DNA of 10,537 nucleotides, from assembly GCA_049423385.1 (NCBI GenBank), contig JBMSQQ010000107.1, positions 1 to 10,537 of the forward strand. Reading direction: 5' to 3'. Positions within the stretch are counted from its first letter, which is position 1. The number at the start of each line of letters is the position of its first letter. The stretch comes from Silvanigrellaceae bacterium. Lineage in GTDB: Bacteria; Bdellovibrionota_B; Oligoflexia; Silvanigrellales; Silvanigrellaceae. The translations under genes were made by a program, and so were the position numbers. This document shows, in pieces, positions 7,153 to 10,537 of the stretch. The notes beneath the pieces were generated by a model, which saw only the letters and a list, made by a program, of their open reading frames with translations, made no database searches and was not told the origin of the DNA.

Positions 7153-9219
7153 TCAGACCAGACCCATAATCTTGTCCTGAAGGTTTTTTGGCACAGGCTC
7201 GTAATGGGAGAACTGCATGGTGCTGCTCGCACGCCCCTGCGACAAACTCCGAATGTCGGTTTCATAGCCAAAGAGTTCGGCCAAGGGGATTTCAGCCTGA
7301 ACCACCTGAAGATGTCCACGGGCATCGAGACCGAGAACGCGTCCACGACGACCGTTGACGTCGGAGACGATCGTGCCGCTCGATTCGGGCGGAACCACGA
7401 CTTCGACCTTCATGAACGGCTCCATCATCACAGGCGCAGCTTTTTCGAGTGCAACACGCGCCGCATTTGCCACGGCGACCTTGTAGCAGACCTCATCCAC
7501 GAGCTGTGGATCATATGAGAAGTCCGTCACCTCGACCTTCAGGTTCACGAGCGGATAGCCGCACAACGGACCACTGCTGACCGCACCTTCAAGACTTTCC
7601 TTCAGAGCGCCAATGACGTTGGCTGGAATATTTGGCTTCTTTACAATTTCAAGCGCAGGTGCGCCTCGTTCATCCGATGCCACAACCTTGAGAGCGACCC
7701 AGGCAGAAAAGTTTTTATTGTTCAGGGGGCGAGAGAATTCCTCGCGCGCTGCGGCGGATTTGACAATCGACTCGCGGTAGCTGACCTGCGGCTTGCCGAT
7801 ATTGGCTTGCACCTTGAACTCCCGCAACAAGCGGTCTGCAATAATCTGCAGATGAAGTTCACCCATACCGGAGATCAACACCTGTCCGGTATCCTCGGAT
7901 GTGCTCACCCGCAGCGAAGGATCTTCCATTGCAAGACGATTGAGGCTCTGCATGAGTTTGTCGAGATCGGCTGTTGATTTGGGCTCCACTGCAAGCGAGA
8001 TCACCGGCTCCGGGAACTTCATCGCCTCATATGCAATCGGGGCTTCAATCGCCGCAAGAGTGTCACCGGTGACGGCAAACTTGAGTCCGACCAAAGCGAC
8101 AATTTCACCTGCAGACACCTCTTCAACTTCAGAGCGGTCGTTGGCATGCATCATCAAAATTTTTGTCACGCGCTCCTTCTTTTGTTTGAGCACATTCTGC
8201 ACCGCATCACCAACTTTAAGTTTACCACTGTAAATGCGAGCGAATGACAAGGTGCCAACAAAAGGGTCGCTCATGATCTTGAAAACAATGGCAGAGAACG
8301 GCGCATCTGCACTGTGCGGACGCATGCCCTCTTTCACAACTCCTTCAACTTCGACACCCTTGACGGCAGGAACGTCGAGTGGAGAGGGCAGATAATCCAC
8401 AATGGCATTCAGCAGCGGCTGAATGCCTTTGTTCTTGAATGCGGTACCCATGAAAACAGGGACGAGGTTGATTCCGACCACCGCCTTGCGCAATGCTTTC
8501 TTGATCATTGCGGGTGTAACGTCGGCATCCGACAACACGGCCTCGGCGAGCGCATCGTCGAAGTCGGCAAGGTTTTCGATCAGCTCTTGCCTGTACAAGT
8601 GTGCATCGTCAGAAAGATCGGCTGGAATTGAGGTTTTTTCAAATGGCGAATCCTTGTCGTCGCCTTTCCAGATCCAGGCCACCATTTCCACAAGGTCAAC
8701 AACGCCAACAAACGAACTTTCGCTTCCGATGGGAAGTTGGGCCAAGGCCACCTTCGCGTTGAGTTTGCTGCGCATGGATTCAATGCACATTTCAAAATCG
8801 GCGCCGACTTTGTCCATCTTGTTGAGGAAAGCAATGCGCGGAACATGGTAGCGCTCGGCTTGACGCCAAACTGTTTCGGACTGTGGTTCAACACCATTTG
8901 CAGCATCGAAAACAGCAACCGCACCGTCGAGCACACGCAGTGAGCGCTCAACTTCAATAGTGAAGTCAACGTGTCCGGGAGTATCGATGAGGTTGATACG
9001 GTTGTCGTTCCAGAACACGGTCGTGGCAGCGGATGTGATGGTGATTCCACGCTCCTGCTCCTGCACCATCCAGTCCATCGTTGCAGTGCCTTCATGCACC
9101 TCACCCAGCTTGTGGCTCTTTCCCGTGTAATAAAGCAGTCGCTCAGAAGTCGTGGTTTTTCCGGCGTCGATGTGCGCCATGATTCCAATGTTGCGAAACA
9201 GACTCAGGTCGTGACTCAT
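7153..9219 (-). CDS. fusA: Elongation factor G, divergent domain IV (EF-G2/spdEFG2-like), 688 aa
   Basis: [16 protein letters not shown] (G1), RGITI (G2), DTPGHVDF (G3), NKMD (G4), GTAFKNKG (G5), GMGELHL, YRE, and C-terminal RSLSQGRA. Located after rpsL-rpsG. ATG 9219 is preferred over TTG 9225 (AAGAG 7 nt upstream). Confidence 0.97.
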   Translation of the reverse strand: MSHDLSLFRNIGIMAHIDAGKTTTSERLLYYTGKSHKLGEVHEGTATMDWMVQEQERGITITSAATTVFWNDNRINLIDTPGHVDFTIEVERSLRVLDGAVAVFDAANGVEPQSETVWRQAERYHVPRIAFLNKMDKVGADFEMCIESMRSKLNAKVALAQLPIGSESSFVGVVDLVEMVAWIWKGDDKDSPFEKTSIPADLSDDAHLYRQELIENLADFDDALAEAVLSDADVTPAMIKKALRKAVVGINLVPVFMGTAFKNKGIQPLLNAIVDYLPSPLDVPAVKGVEVEGVVKEGMRPHSADAPFSAIVFKIMSDPFVGTLSFARIYSGKLKVGDAVQNVLKQKKERVTKILMMHANDRSEVEEVSAGEIVALVGLKFAVTGDTLAAIEAPIAYEAMKFPEPVISLAVEPKSTADLDKLMQSLNRLAMEDPSLRVSTSEDTGQVLISGMGELHLQIIADRLLREFKVQANIGKPQVSYRESIVKSAAAREEFSRPLNNKNFSAWVALKVVASDERGAPALEIVKKPNIPANVIGALKESLEGAVSSGPLCGYPLVNLKVEVTDFSYDPQLVDEVCYKVAVANAARVALEKAAPVMMEPFMKVEVVVPPESSGTIVSDVNGRRGRVLGLDARGHLQVVQAEIPLAELFGYETDIRSLSQGRASSTMQFSHYEPVPKNLQDKIMGLV

Positions 9220-9344
9220 GAACAAACTCTTTCACGTGCTGGTGGGCAGAAAAGTTGCCCGCAATGTTTCCGGTATCTAGCAAAAGCGGCTTGAAAAATC
9301 ATCCGCACCAACGCCCGCCACCCCTTCTTTTTTGATAGAGGCAC

Positions 9345-9376
9345 AAAAAAACAGCGCCCGGGTACGGGGCGCTGCT
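9345..9376 (-). terminator. Rho-independent terminator between rpsG and fusA
   Basis: Minus strand reads AG-CAGCGCCC-CGTACCC-GGGCGCTG-TTTTTTT: a perfect 8-bp GC-rich stem, 7-nt loop and U7 tract, about 25 nt after the rpsG stop. Confidence 0.85.
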
Positions 9377-9401
9377 TCTGCTTGAATTGCGGCGGTGATT
9401 T

Positions 9402-10051
<650 letters not shown>

Positions 10052-10465
10052 TTACTTCTTGCCCTTCTTTGCTGGTTCGGCGACGGCTGCGCCTCCCTTG
10101 GGCTTTTTGGCTCCGTACTTGGAGCGCGACTGACGGCGCTTCGCAACACCGGCGGTGTCCAATGAACCGCGGACGATGTGGTAACGCACACCGGGAAGGT
10201 CTTTCACACGACCGCCACGCACGAGAACAACGCTGTGCTCCTGGAGGTTGTGGCCTTCGCCTGGGATGTAGGAAATGACTTCAAAACCTGAAGTCAAACG
10301 AACCTTGGCAACCTTACGGATAGCCGAGTTCGGTTTCTTGGGAGTGGTTGTGTACACGCGGGTGCACACTCCACGACGTTGCGGGCAGTTCGCCATTGCT
10401 GGTGACTTACTGCGGTAGATCTTGGGGTGACGCCCCTTCTCTACGAGCTGGTTAATGGTTGGCAT
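10052..10465 (-). CDS. rpsL: 30S ribosomal protein S12 with C-terminal extension, 137 aa
   Basis: [69 protein letters not shown] upstream. Confidence 0.99.
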   Translation of the reverse strand: MPTINQLVEKGRHPKIYRSKSPAMANCPQRRGVCTRVYTTTPKKPNSAIRKVAKVRLTSGFEVISYIPGEGHNLQEHSVVLVRGGRVKDLPGVRYHIVRGSLDTAGVAKRRQSRSKYGAKKPKGGAAVAEPAKKGKK

Positions 10466-10537
10466 CGCACACCTTTCTTATATGTATGCAAGAAACGCTT
10501 GGTTGTACCGCATTCAAGCAGGGCCGCACCCTAGCGA

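Noticed and set aside
8580..9188. 202-aa alternative-frame ORF inside fusA, and similar nested ORFs (345..764, 7015..7518, 9414..9872, 9772..10278)
   Set aside because: They overlap well-supported genes in other frames or strands and show no recognisable motifs.

Overview
Bacterial chromosomal window with two convergent gene blocks. The minus strand carries rpsL-rpsG-fusA with no tuf after it, then a TPR lipoprotein coupled to an SrkA/RdoA-family kinase. The plus strand carries three exported proteins: a lipoprotein with divergent patatin-like phospholipase motifs, a lipoprotein made of two tandem Cys-bracketed domains, and an outer-membrane beta-barrel. The EF-G has an intact GTPase domain but degenerate domain IV translocation loops, resembling the recycling-type spdEFG2/mtEFG2 paralog, and an intrinsic terminator separates it from rpsG. 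The 176-nt rpsL-rpsG spacer is highly structured. A Bdellovibrionota/Oligoflexia- or deltaproteobacteria-like host is an inference from gene content only. No rRNA, tRNA, CRISPR array or mobile element was seen. All motif comparisons are by eye; no searches were run.
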